A DNA stretch of 64,000 nt from Eledone cirrhosa (GCA_964016885.1 OZ024759.1:14756001-14820000); one strand, 5' to 3'. Positions 25,662-39,598 are shown, counted from the stretch's first letter. The notes: a model not told the origin generated them from the sequence alone. A program made the numbers and translations.

Positions 25662-26092
25662 TTATACTCTCTTCACCGTCTTTCTCTCTCGCCCTCCCGT
25701 TTTTCTCACCCTCAATACATCCATCCATCTGTCTCTTTCGAGCACTCTCTCTCTCTCTGCCTTCTTTCTCTCTCTCTATTTCTGACCTCTCTCTCTGTCT
25801 CCCCCTTCCTCTCTCTCCCTGTTTCTCCCTTCCTCTCTCCTCTCTATTTTTCTCCCTGTCTCTCCTCTCTATTTCTCTCCCTGTCTCTCCTCTCTATTGC
25901 TCTCCCTGTCTCTCCCCTCTATTGCTCTCCCTGTCTCTCACACACTCTTTCTCTCCCTTACAGTTGATATCTTGTCTAGTGAAGTGTGAGTGATGTCTGG
26001 ACGTGAGTAGACAACTTATATTGAATGTTAAGGAACATATCAAGGCTAGTATGGCGCTGAGTTGGCGTTGTGGTGTAATGTACTGTTTTAAT

Positions 26093-26486
26093 ATAATTGG
26101 TTCTACTTTTGGCACAAGGCCAGCAATTACCCAGTGTATTACTGGTACTTTATTTTATCGACCCTGTAAGGATGAAAGGCAAAATTAACTTCGGCCGGAT
26201 TTGAACTCAGACCATAAAGGGCCGTAACTCTATGCTGCTAAGCATGGTGTCCGACCCTCTACTGATACTGCCAATTCACTGCCCGTAGTCTTTTAATATA
26301 ATTGCTTCTATTTTTGGTACAAGGCCAGAAATTACCCCAGTACATTACTGGTACTTTATTTTATCGACCCCCGTAAGGATGAAAGGCAAAGTTAACCTCG
26401 ACGGGAATTGAACTCAGACTATAAAGGGACGTAACTATGCTGGAAATCATGGCGCCCGACCCTCTACCGATACTGCCAATCTACCG
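26093..26486 (-). mobile_element. SINE family 1, two head-to-tail copies (26093-26284, 26299-26486)
   Basis: Both are the reverse complement of the family consensus. Confidence 0.9.
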
Positions 26487-26569
26487 TAATGCTGTGTATG
26501 TGTATATGTACTGTAATGTTACAGTCTTGTTCTATTTCCAAATGTTTTTACATTACTAAGCCTGCTCCA

Positions 26570-28487
26570 GGTGCTGAGCTGCAGTTGGTGCTGGTGGTGC
26601 TGCTGTTGGTGCCAGAGGTGGTTGTGTTGCTGTAGGTGGGGGTGCTGTTGCCCTTAGTGATGCTGTTGGCACCATAGGTGGTGGTGGTGTTGCTGGTGCT
26701 GCTTGTGGCTTTTGGTGCTGCTGTTGGTGCCAGAGGTGGTTGTGTTGCTGTAGGTGGGGGTGCTGTTGCCCTTAGTGATGCTGTTGGCACCATAGGTGGT
26801 GGTGGTGGTGTTGCTGGTGCTGCTTGTGGCGGTGGTGCTGCTTGTGGCGCTGCTGTTGGTGCCAGAGGTGGTTGTGTTGCTGTAGGTGGTGGTGTTGTTG
26901 CCCTTAGTGATGCTGTTGGCACCATAGGTGGTGGTGGTGGTGTTGCTGGTGCTGCTTGTGGCGGTGGTGTTGCTTTTGGTGCTGCTGTTGGTGCCAGAAA
27001 TGGTTGTGTTGCTGTAGGTGGTGGTGGTGTTGCTTTTGGTGCTGCTGTTGGTGCCAGAGGTGGTTGTGTTGCTGTAGGTGGGGGTGGTGTTGCTTTTGGT
27101 GCTGCTGTTGGTGCCAGGGGTGGTTGTGTTGCTGTAGGTGGTGGTGGTGTTGCTTTTGGTGCTGCTGTTGGTGCCAGAGGTGGTTGTGTTGCTGTAGGTG
27201 GTGCTGTTGCTGGTGCTGCTTGTGGCGGTGCTGTTGCTTTTAGTGCTGCTGTTGGTGTTGGTGGCAGTGTTGCTGGTGTTGTTGTCGGTGGTGGTGGCGT
27301 TGTTGTTGGTCCCATAGGCGGTGTTGCTACTGGTGCTGCTGTGGCGGTGTTCCTGTTGGTGCCATGTTGTTGGTGCCGCTGGTGGCGGTGCCACTGGTGT
27401 TGCCGTCGGTGTTGCTATTGTGCTGCTGCTGTTGGTACCGTTAGTGGTGGTGCTGCTATTGTCGGTGCCACTGCTGTTGCTGTTGGTGCTACTGCTGTTG
27501 GTGCTGCTGGTGGTACTATTGCTGATGGTGCTGCTGGTGGTGGTGCTGCTGGTGGTGGTGCCACTGCTATTGTGCTGCTGCTGTTGGTACCGTTAGTGGT
27601 GGTGCTGCTATTGTCGGTGCCACTGCTATTGCTGTTGGTGCTGCTGGTGGTACTATTGCTGATGGTGCTGCTGGTGGTGGTGCTGCTGGTGGTGGTGCTG
27701 CTGCTGGTGATCTCACTGCTGGTGGTGGTGGTGGTGCTATTGCTGATGGTGCCACTGGTGGTGGTGTTGCTGGTGGTGGTACCACTGCTGTTGGTGCTGC
27801 TGGTGGTGGTGCTGCTGGTGCTACTGTTGTTGGTGCTGCTGGTGCTACTGTTGTTGGTGCTGCTGGTGCCACTGCTGTTGGTGCTGCTGGTGCCACTGCT
27901 GTTGGTGCTACTGCTGGTGCCACTGCTGTTGGTGCTGCTGGTGCTACTGTTGTTGGTGCTGCTGGTGCCACTACTGTTGGTGCTGCTGGTGCTACTGCTG
28001 CTGGTGCTGCTGGTGCCACTACTGTTGGTGCTGCTGGTGCTACTGTTATTGGTGCTGCTGGTGCCACTGCTGTTGGTGCTGCTGGTGCCACTGCTGTTGG
28101 TGCTGCTGGTGCCACTGCTGTTGGTGCTGCTGGTGCTACTGTTGTTGGTGCTGCTGGTGCTACTGTTGTTGGTGCTGCTGGTGCTACTGTTGTTGGTGCT
28201 GCTGGTGCCACTGCTGTTGGTGCTGCTGGTGCTACTGCTGTTGGTGCTGCTGGTGCTACTGCTGTTGGTGCTGCTGGTGCTACTGTTATTGGTGCTGCTG
28301 GTGCTACTGCTGTTGGTGCTGTTGGTGCTACTGCTGCTGGTGCTGCTGGTGCCACTGCTGTTGGTGCTGCTGGTGCTACTGCTGTTGGTGCTGCTGGTGC
28401 TACTGCTGTTGGTGCTGCTGGTGCTACTGTTGTTGGTGCTGCTGGTGCTACTGCTGCTGGTGCTGCTGGTGCTACTGCTATTGTCAA
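26570..28487. repeat. GC-rich triplet-periodic repeat with 60-bp and 21-bp units
   Basis: 60-bp unit at about 26960-27200; 21-bp GGTGCTGCTGGTGCYACTGYTGTT-type units at 27790-28480; minus strand reads Pro/Thr/Ala-rich but is frameshifted. Confidence 0.85.
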
Positions 28488-28599
28488 TGATTCTAGAGCT
28501 ATTTTTCTGTTTTTTATGATGGAGGTTTCTGACGTGTGAGGTGATACAGTGTTTTACTACACTCACACTTTACACGCTCACCTTTACACACGTACCTTC

Positions 28600-29360
28600 A
28601 TATACACTTAAACACAGGTACACACATACACACACGTACCGACACATACACTTAAACACAGGTACACACATACACACACGTACCGACACATACACTTAAA
28701 CACAGGTACACACATACACACACGTACCTACACATACACTTAAACACAGGTACTCACATACACACACGTACCGACACATACACTTAAACACAGGTACACA
28801 CATACACACACGTACCGACACATACACTTAAACACAGGTACTCACATACACACACGTACCGACACATACACTTAAACACAGGTACACACATACACACACG
28901 TACCGACACATACACTTAAACACAGGTACTCACATACACACACGTACCGACACATACACTTAAACACAGGTACACACATACACACACACGTACCGACACA
29001 TACACACACGTACCGACACATACACACACGTACCGACACATACACTGAAACACAGGTACTCACATACACACACGTACCGACACATACACTTAAACACAGG
29101 TACTCACACACACACGTACCGACACATACACTTTAACACAGGTACTCACATACACACACGTACCGACACATACACTTAAACACAGGTACTCACATACACA
29201 CACGTACCGACACATACACTTAAACACAGGTACACACACACACATACACAAACACATACACACAGATACACACAGATACACACATACACAGATATACACA
29301 CACATAGATAAACACACGAACCGACACATATACACACGTATTGACACATACACTTAAACA
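28600..29360. repeat. ~44-bp minisatellite CACATACACTTAAACACAGGTAC..CACGTACCGA
   Basis: More than 12 direct copies. Confidence 0.9.
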
Positions 29361-29605
29361 TACGTACTCACACACACACACACACACTCAGATACACACA
29401 CACACATACACACACACACATACACACACACACATACACACACTCAAAGATACACAGATATACACACACATAGATACATACACGTACTTACACATAGATC
29501 CATACACGTACTCACAGACACACACATACACACTCAGATATATGCACACACATATACACGTAATTCTTACATTTATTCTGAGGTATTATTTAGTAGTGTA
29601 TATAT

Positions 29606-29923
29606 ATAATTGTATCTATTTTTGGCACAAAGCCAGCAATTACCCCAGTACATTACTGGTACTTTATTTTATCGACCCCGTAAGGATGAAAGGCAAAGTT
29701 AACCTCGGAAGGATTTGAACTCAAATCATAAAGGGACGTAACTCTATGCTACTAACCATGGCGTCCGACCCTCCACCGATACTGCCAATCTACAATATAT
29801 ATAATTGCTTCTACTTTTGGCACAAGGCCAGCAATTATCCCAGTGTATTACTGGTACTTTATTTTATCGACCCCGTAAGGATGAAAGGCAAAGTTAACCT
29901 CGGCGGGATTTGAACTCACACCA
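29606..29923 (-). mobile_element. SINE family 1, tandem pair (second copy 5'-truncated)
   Basis: Copies at 29606-29793 and 29801-29923. Confidence 0.9.
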
Positions 29924-30300
29924 TATATGTAATGGTTGCATCTCAGTTTCGAGAATTGTTATCCCTTGATGTTTTTCTCGGACATGGGTGACCCGAAAAT
30001 AACTTTTGTATGTATCCTACCAAGGATTCAAATCCCTTCCTGCATATACTGCAGCGAAAGAAACAAAGAGAAGGCCATGCTCACGCAACACGCGTGGAAG
30101 TCGATTAGATCGAGTGATGCCTTTGCTTCAAGCTTTTTTTAAGTAAAGAAAGGCTTTGCACTGGACCAACCCCACACTCTATACAACGGTAACAGGTATC
30201 ACCAAAGAAGAACATGTCAGCATTATTGGCTGCCATCGAGTCGCAGATTTTACATCCGAGTTTTCCTTCTACTAGAATGATGTCCTAACAAGAACTAGGG

Positions 30301-30735
30301 GTCTCTCACTCTCGTCGGCTAACTGCGCACTCAGGTACCAAACCAGACAGACAGTCAGACAGACATGCGTGTGTGTGTGTGTGTGTAGTTATACTTTGGG
30401 AGGATCTTGCTGCCGTTAAAAACACATGCAGCTGTTGGTTTTTCACTTCAATTCATCATAAATTTCCAGATGGAAATTTTCTTTGTTTATTATCAAAGAT
30501 TTATAGTTAAATATTCTGTGTCTCTCACTCTCGTCGGCTAACTGCGCACTCAGGTACCAAACCAGACAGACAGTCAGACAGACATGCGTGTGTGTGTGTG
30601 TAGTTATACTTTGGGAGGATCTTGCTGCCGTTAAAAACACATGCAGCTGTTGGTTTTTCACTTCAATTCATCATAAATTTCCAGATGGAAATTTTCTTTG
30701 TTTATTATCAAAGATTTATAGTTAAATATTCTGTG
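30301..30735. repeat. 219-bp tandem duplication
   Basis: GTCTCTCACTCTCGTCGG starts at 30301 and 30520; copies differ only in GT-tract length. Confidence 0.95.
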
Positions 30736-31013
30736 ACCTATTAAACTAACTGGAAAATTATAATAAATTGAAGTGAATCCAACAGATGCGTTTATTTTTA
30801 TCAGCAGTATGACCCTACCAAAATGTAATACTATCTATTTGAACACACGTTTCCACATAAGAAATCTTTGCAAAAGAAACACAAAACTATATATATGTGT
30901 GTATATATATATATATATATGTATGTATATATATATATATATATATGTATGTATATATATATACATATATATATATATATAAATATATATATACCCATTA
31001 CAACGGCAGAGTT

Positions 31014-31105
31014 CCGACGAGCTTTTGGTTCCAGAGTAGGGCCATAGTGATACAGATCGAACCATGAGCTGATCAATTGTGAAACGCGCGTCACCAGTCA
31101 ATAAA
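31014..31105 (+). ncRNA. Degenerate HHR-like PLE terminus
   Basis: CCGACGA..long hairpin..GAAAC GCGC GTC..AATAAA; stem I not formed. Confidence 0.35.
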
Positions 31106-31139
31106 CGTAATTAAGGCTTAACAAATCGTTCTTGTATTT

Positions 31140-31601
31140 TATATATATGTACATATACATACATATACAGTATATATATATATATATATATATATATTGT
31201 ACATATATTTGTGCATGTGTATGTGTGTATATATATATATATATACACATATGTACATATATGTATGTATGTATATACATATATACATATACATACATAT
31301 GTACATATATGTATATATGTGTGTGTGTGTGTGTGTATATATGTATACATATATGTATGTGTGTATATATACATATGTACATATATGTATATGTGTATAT
31401 GTATGTTTATATGTGTATATATATACATATGTACATATATGTGTATATGTGTATATATATATATATATACATATGTATATGTGTATATGTGTATACATAT
31501 GTATATATGTGTATATGTGTATATGTGTATACATATGTATATATGTGTATATATATATATATATACATATGTATATATGTGTATATGTGTATACATATGT
31601 A

Positions 31602-31640
<39 letters not shown>

Positions 31641-31867
31641 GTGTATGTGTATACATATGTGTATATGTGTATACATATGTATATATGTGTATATATATAT
31701 ATATATACACATATGTATATATGTGTATATGTGTATATATGTACATATGTATATATGTGTATACATATGTATATATATATATATATATACATATGTATAT
31801 ATGTGTATGTGTATACATATGTATATATATATATATACATATGTATATATGTGTATGTGTATACATA

Positions 31868-31898
<31 letters not shown>

Positions 31899-32097
31899 GT
31901 ATATGTGTATACATATGTATATATGTGTATATGTGTATACATATGTATATATGTGTATATATATATATACATATGTATATATATGTATATGTATGTGTAT
32001 ATATATATACATATGTGTATATATATATATACATATGTGTATATGTGTATATATATATATACTTATGTGTATATATATATATATACTTATGTACATA

Positions 32098-32129
<32 letters not shown>

Positions 32130-32491
32130 CTTATGTACATATATGTGTATGTGTATATATATATACTTATGTACATATATGTATATATGTGTATATATAT
32201 ACTTATGTACATATATGTATATGTGTGTATATGTATGTGTGTATATATATACATATGTACATATATGTGTGTATATGTATGTGTGTATATATATACATAT
32301 GTACATATATATGTGTATATGTATGTGTGTATATAATATACACATATGTACATATATATATGTATGTGTGTATATGTGTATATGTATGTGTGTATATAAT
32401 ATACACATATGTACATATATATATGTATGTGTGTATATGTGTATGTGTGTATGTATATATATATATACACATATGTACATATATATGTGTG

Positions 32492-32554
<63 letters not shown>

Positions 32555-32560
32555 ATATAC
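31140..32560. repeat. TA/TG/CA compound array
   Basis: Direct observation. Confidence 0.95.
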
Positions 32561-34376
32561 ATATGTGTGTGATTATCACGTTTATCATTAGCGCAAATTA
32601 TTACAGTGCACCACTGATCACCAGTAAACTCTCTGAGACGATATAGTGTTTGTTTGGTTTTAATGCCCCGAAGCGTAGAAATAAAATACGTAAATATAGT
32701 GTCATATCTTTGCGTTCAGTTTAAATTTGACAACAAACGTAGCAAAAGTGCTTTTTAATCTAATCTAGCATTTTACAACAAACTACAAATACCATAGAGC
32801 CTTTAATGGAAATTTGATTAAGGTGAGCTATTCAGTAGTAAATTCTTTACAATTTCCATCGGAAGATACAGCTTTCTAATCCAATAATATAGTTTCCTGT
32901 GGCAACCTGTAACTATGACAAACGTGATAACAGTCCGCTAAAAGGGATTGACTTGCTAAAAAAACTCATTAGTATACTGCATTGTATATTCTACAAGATT
33001 TATACAAGTAAGAAAAAGTCAAAATCAAAGGCTTATATTGAATATACTGAACATATTTTATCAGCCTATTTATGAATTAATAAAGCATGAAAAAATTAAA
33101 TTTATAAAAATATTTTATCAAAATTAAAAAAAAAAAAAAATTACCAAATTAAAAAAAGTATTTTGATGGAAATTTTCAAAAACTTTTAAGGAATAAATTA
33201 AAAAACATGGAAAAACATATTTAAAAGAATTCATTGAAAAAATATTTGAATATTTTGATACAATTGTTCGAAAGATTTTGTAGGAATGTATTGGAAACAT
33301 GTTTAGGATAATTTATGAAAAACTTTGATAAAAAGTTTTCGAAAGATTTTGCAGGTGTGTTCTGAAAGAAATTTGAGGAAATTTCTTCAAAATATATTAA
33401 GAGTAAGTTTTAAGAAAATCTGAGAAACATTCTTTGAATAAAACTTTTGAAAAAAATTCGCAATATTTCTAAATTTTTGCGGAATATTTTCAAAAAGATT
33501 TGAGAAATCTTTCAAAATCTTTTGAGGAAAATCTTTAAAAATAATCCAGGAAAATAGCTTAGAAAAACCTGGCAATAATTTTCCTCAAAATTCTTTACTT
33601 ATTTTCTTATTATCACATATAATCAAGTATTTGGTATGAGTATTTGGTAGAAGTATTTCCTGAGCCGTTTCCCAACATATCTTAGTTGGCGCTCTTTTCC
33701 TCTCTGACAAGAGTATTATTAACTGGCGTCTAATATTCTGGCGAGTGTGGAAATTGCGATTATATCAGCACTTGACCATAAGGCAAAGTTGACTACGACG
33801 GAATTTAAACTCAGAACGTAGAGAAGGGAAAGTAAATATCACAAGAAGGTATTCTCTTACCTTGTAAATATTCTGGCTATCAAATATTCTTAATCATACA
33901 TTAATAAAAACTAGCAGAAAAACCACCCTTCGGGTTGTTTTCTGCTAGCATGTGTAGTGTGTATATTGATATTATATGCAAATATATATGCATGTAGATA
34001 TGATACATCAAATAAAATCGTAATTGACAATATGCACAGACATTGATGAGAGACTGTGTTACACTCTCTTCTGTAATCAGTAAAGTAATCCATGATATAT
34101 TTAAAACAGATATATATAAACTACATTACGGCAAAATTTTATGAAAACAAAGGAGAAAATTCGTGATAGAAATATAAACCTTATATAACGATGCAAATAT
34201 ATGAATGTTTATATTAGCGATATAATAAGTGTTATGATATAATGGACGCTAACCGGAAGTGTAAACAGTTGAAAATTTTAAAAGTGAATCTTAAAATAAG
34301 CAATCCTTATATCTAAGAATATTCCGTATGAGTATTTGGTAGAAGTATTTCCTCAGCCATTTCCAAACCTATCTTA

Positions 34377-34562
34377 GGTGGTGGATTGGCAGTATAGGTA
34401 GAAGGTCGGACGCAATGCTTTTCAGCATACAGTTACGTCCCTTTACGGACTGAGTTCAAAACCCGCCGAGGTTAACTTTGCCTTTCATCCTTAAGGGTCG
34501 ATAAAATAAAGTATCAGTAATACAGTGGGTAATTGCTAGCCTTGTGCCAAACGTAGAAACAA
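34377..34562 (+). mobile_element. SINE family 1 with captured 5' extension
   Basis: 17-bp TSD TTATATCTAAGAATATT at 34307-34323 and 34563-34579. Confidence 0.9.
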
Positions 34563-35239
34563 TTATATCTAAGAATATTTATGGATAATTAACGGCTACG
34601 AAATTTAGTACATAAATTATGTAATATTCATTAATTATTTATTCAAAGTAATCTATCTTATTTTACTAACGAGATAAAAAATAATATATTCAGGACGCAG
34701 TTCAGCACTCCCCCTTTATTATATTATGATTAAAATTACTTAGACAAGTAATTCCTTCCATATTCGTGCTATAGTGGTAAGGGCGGTGACTCAGGATCAG
34801 AAAACCAGGGATTCGATTTCTGGTTCGAACGGTACGATCGGTATCTTATCCCTTTTTTGTTCGTATTTTTGTGTGTTGGTTTCTCTAGAATCAGAAACAA
34901 CAACAACAGCAATAAAGAACAGAAATATTGTGTCATTTATCCGATCTTACGATTGGTTCATTTATTTTTATTTTGTTTTCCATCTATCGATTATAAATTT
35001 CAGGAATTCTGAATTAACAAAACAGCATTATTCAATGTTCAATTTGCCCAGAGCTGTGGAATGATTTATAACCCAACCTCAGACGCTATTTATAGTCACG
35101 TGGATTTCGCCATTTCACATCAATTTCAACAAATCTGAAAGATTCGTTATGCTAGTAGAAAAAAAAAAAAAATTGTCGTCATTTGATCCTCCGTCTGTTT
35201 TGACGTTGACTTTTGTAAGTATTCGATCAAGTTACTGAT

Positions 35240-35425
35240 AATAATTGTTTCTACTTTTGGCAGCAATTATCCAAGTATATTACTGGTACTTTATTTTATC
35301 GATCCCGTAAGGATGAAAGGCAAAGTTAACCTTGGCGGGATTTGAACTCAGATCATAAAGGGCCGTAACTCTATGCCGTAAAGCATGGCGTCCGACTCTC
35401 TACCGATACTGCCAATCCACCACCC
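35240..35425 (-). mobile_element. SINE family 1
   Basis: Reverse complement of consensus. Confidence 0.9.
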
Positions 35426-35531
35426 TTAATAATAATAATAATAATAATAATAGCAGCAGCTTTAGTGGTGGTGGTAGTAGTAGTAGTTACATTAAGAGTA
35501 GTAGTAATAGTATTAGGAGTAGTAGTAGTAG

Positions 35532-38173
35532 TAATAATAATAATGATTTCATTTATTAGCCACAAGGGCCGACATTTAGGGAACGATACAAAGACAGGGA
35601 CAGTGGGGGTTTACAATAAGGTCGAGTAAAAGTGCACAATGGCAAGACTAATTTAACAATGAAGATATGAAAAATATAAAATAAACTATGCATAAATATA
35701 ACAAAATAAATTCCCCTATAGGGTGTTCACACCCAGGGGTGACTCAGGTACCCCACCAATCCTGAACCACTCTGCGCTTCTAGGGCACCCAGGGAGAGCA
35801 CCCCTCTCCCCAAGTTAGCTAGCCTACTCATGGTCAGAATAGGCCCATTCACACGGGCCATTCTTGCCACATTCATCCACCTTTTAGCAAATGCACTGGG
35901 GGCAGCACTTCTCTCTCCACCCTCACCTTCCTTTCCAGGTGATACTTGAAGAAGTTGATGAGGGATTGGCCGAAGAGAAGTGTCCGTCTTCAGTCCTTTT
36001 AATCTGGTCCACCATATAACCTCTTTCGCAACAGCCACCAGACAGAGGACAATTGCCTGCTCTTCCTGACCTAAGGAAGGCGGCGGGTCGATCTTCACTA
36101 TGGACTCGGCCGATAGCCGGATCCGTTCCACACGCGATCGTAGCTGTTCGACATAACTACACAAATCAGTAATGCACGGACATTGGACAAGTGCGTGCAA
36201 AACGGTTTCGTCGCTCTGTGCGCATCTTGGGCAGCTCCGCCTAACAGCACTTCCATGCCTGTAAAGTTTATCCCGAATCGGCAGTGCCCCCCGGTAGCAT
36301 TGCCAAGCGAGGGATTTCTGGAAATTGTCCATCGTCCCCGGCTCGAAAGTCCTCCGGTACAGACTGGTCAGTTCGACTTCGTCGAGGCCCAAAGCTTCTC
36401 CGAGTACGTCATCGCACTTGCCCACCACTAGTCCTCTATAGAACTCGATAGTGGAAGTTCCACTGATCGCATTGCCCGCTTGGTAGAGGGCAGGAGTGCC
36501 TGGCAACATTCCAGGTGCCAGTCACCCAGTCTCGGTCTCGGTCTCTTCTTGACCCAGGACTGCAGCTCAGTCAAAGAAACGAGCTACGGAAAGGCCCGTC
36601 TGATAAACGGCGACCATACCTGTTCACCGTTTAGGCAGAATATCTGGAGATGTCGCAGCCTCAGCGCATATCTACGCATCATTAGCCGCCCAGCCCTCCG
36701 TGTAGAGAGTGCTGGAAGCAGATGGACCGCCTCACCAACGTAACTTGTCCTTTCCACAAGAATTTGAAGAGGAGCCGTTCCAACGTGACAAGGTGCGGAC
36801 GGAGGCAAGTCACGACGGTCAGGCGGTAGTACTTGACGGACCGATGTGCGCATTCGCCACCTCCGCGCGACCTTTCTGTGATAGCTTCCTCCCAGCCCAT
36901 TTTTGGGTGAGACTGGCTACTCTGCTCGTTCCCTCGTCCCAATTCTTTTCCACCTGGAGGTCTGGTCCGAACGAAACCCCGAGCAACTTTACCGGTTCGT
37001 CCGTCCAGCGTCCCACGACGCTGTTGTACGTCATAGGCTTGTCTCTCCAGGTTCCGAGCTGCAAGCCCACCGACTTTTCCGGGTTAAGTTTGGCTCCTGT
37101 CAACCTTTCATATTCCATCAATAAGGTGTCGGGCACCTCGATTTCCGAGGTGTCCGAGACCATCACGGTGATGTCGTCCGCATAAGCTGACACCGCCTTT
37201 CCACGTCCCGGTTCGAGTGGGACGCCCTGCAACAGCCCCATCTTCCGTAGTAAAGGCTCGAGAGTCCATACGTACAGAAAGGAAGAGAGATGGCACCCTT
37301 GACGGACCGATCGGGAGAGCCGAAATGGTTCTGAGAGGTGGCTATTAACCTTGACCACCGAGCGTGTGCCGCTGTGCATTGCAGCAATCCAGCTTCTGAA
37401 GATAGGGTCGAAGCCAGCTGCTTTGAGGACAAACTCCAAATACCGATGGTCGACCCTATCGAATGCTTTCGATTGATCTAAATTGATCAGTGCCCCACCG
37501 AAGCCAGGTTTACACCCTGCCCACTCTATGATGTATCGCATGAGGTGGAGATTGTCGCGTATGGACCTGGCTGGGATTGTACAAGTTTGCGCCACCCCAA
37601 CCAAATCCTCGACGACAAGCGCGAATCTCTTTGCTAACACCTTGGCCAAAATCTTAAACTCTGTGTTGAGCAAAGTTATGGGCCTGACGTTGTCTAATGT
37701 ATCCCTCTTGTTCTCATCTTTCCTTATCAGCGTCACCACTCCCCTGCTCACAGAACTGGAAATACTCCCATTCTGCTGCCAATTGCAGTAGAGTGCTTCG
37801 AGGAGATCAGAGAACAAGTCTGGCATATTTACGTAAAGTTCATAGGGCAGGACATCCAAACCGGGTGACTTGCGCCTCATGCAGCCGACAAGGTCGTTCT
37901 GAATTTCAGCTGAAGTAATCGGCCTTTCGCAGCGCTCAGTGTCGACCGTCGAGATGCGCGGCAAGCCGTCAAGGTAGGGACTGAAATCCGCTACTCTCTC
38001 TGACTCGCCAGACTCCCCGAACAATCGAGCAAAGTGCTGGCGTAAGGCCTCACACATCCGCTTGGAATCGTTTATCTCGTGTCCGTCTCGGTCCGCCAAA
38101 GACCGAATTGTGGTTTTATTACCACTCTGCGCCTCCGTCACGCGGGCCCATCGAACAGCTTTGATTCCCTCGT
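35532..38173 (-). mobile_element. 5'-truncated, frameshifted non-LTR retrotransposon, L1/Tx1-like
   Basis: RT motifs KSPGLD, RPITLLN, DQSKAFDRVDH, VRQGC, YADD; C-terminal CPRC..ETVLHALVQC zinc motif; AATAAA and (ATT)n tail on minus strand. Confidence 0.9.
36819..38141 (-). pseudogene. LINE ORF2 reverse transcriptase domain
   Basis: 440-aa ORF with RT motifs; continuation broken into several frames down to 35727. Confidence 0.9.
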
Positions 38174-38729
38174 TTTAATAATAATAGTAATAATAGTTTT
38201 ACTAAAAGAAACAAAGCCTATGATCCGCCATGACAGATTAATATAAAATACGAAAAAAAATATATATATAATGCACAAAAAAGAAAACGAACAAAAAAAC
38301 CCCCCGGAAAAATACCCACAAAAAAATCAAAAAAAAATCAACATACACACATACAGAAAAAAAAAGGACAACAGACGTCACATAAACAAAATGGAAAATG
38401 CCGAAAGCGAGAATGTCTTTAGTATCAGTCTTGTGAATTAATTATGAGCAAACCACTGTCTGGTGAATCCATTTCAACGGAGTATTATTCAACGTTCAGT
38501 AACTTTATGCTCGACGCGCTATTTTCTCATTCGATATGCTATCATTATCAACTGTCTGGCGGTTCTTGTCCAATTTTGATATTTAGGAAGTTTTCTTACA
38601 TACACACACATACACACACACAAATATAGATTCATTCATATACGGACTGATATACTAAGGAAAACATATAATAATATAGACACATAGATAGACAGATACA
38701 CAGACAAAAGCAGACAGGCTCTCTTTAGT

Positions 38730-38921
38730 ATGTGTGTATACATATATATGCGCTCACACACACACGCACATACACACACATACACACACATATATATACA
38801 CATACATATATATACACACATATATATATACACACATATATATATACACATATATATATATACACATATATATATATATACACATATATATATATACACA
38901 TATATATATACATATATATAC

Positions 38922-38988
<67 letters not shown>

Positions 38989-39187
38989 CATATATATACA
39001 TATATATATATATATACATATATATATACATATATATATACATATATATATATACACATATATATATACACATATATATATATATACACATATATATATA
39101 CACATATATATATATATACACATATATATATATATACATATATATATATACACATATATATATATATACATATATATATATACACAC

Positions 39188-39220
<33 letters not shown>

Positions 39221-39260
39221 CACACATATATATATACATATATATATATATATACACATA

Positions 39261-39342
<82 letters not shown>

Positions 39343-39373
39343 CATATATATATATATACATATATATATATAC

Positions 39374-39404
<31 letters not shown>

Positions 39405-39409
39405 CATAC

Positions 39410-39482
<73 letters not shown>

Positions 39483-39495
39483 CACATATATATAC

Positions 39496-39530
<35 letters not shown>

Positions 39531-39533
39531 CAC

Positions 39534-39598
<65 letters not shown>

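Noticed and set aside
26678-28519. 613-aa plus-strand Gly/Ala then Leu/Val ORF
   Set aside because: By-product of triplet repeats; implausible composition
32608-32632. ACCACTGATCACCAGTAAACTC resembling the head motif
   Set aside because: GTACTC imperfect and no hairpin or HHR follows
34765-34830. tRNA-like sequence (also heads at 44840 and in SINE 1)
   Set aside because: A/B-box remnants without a complete cloverleaf; SINE heads rather than tRNA genes
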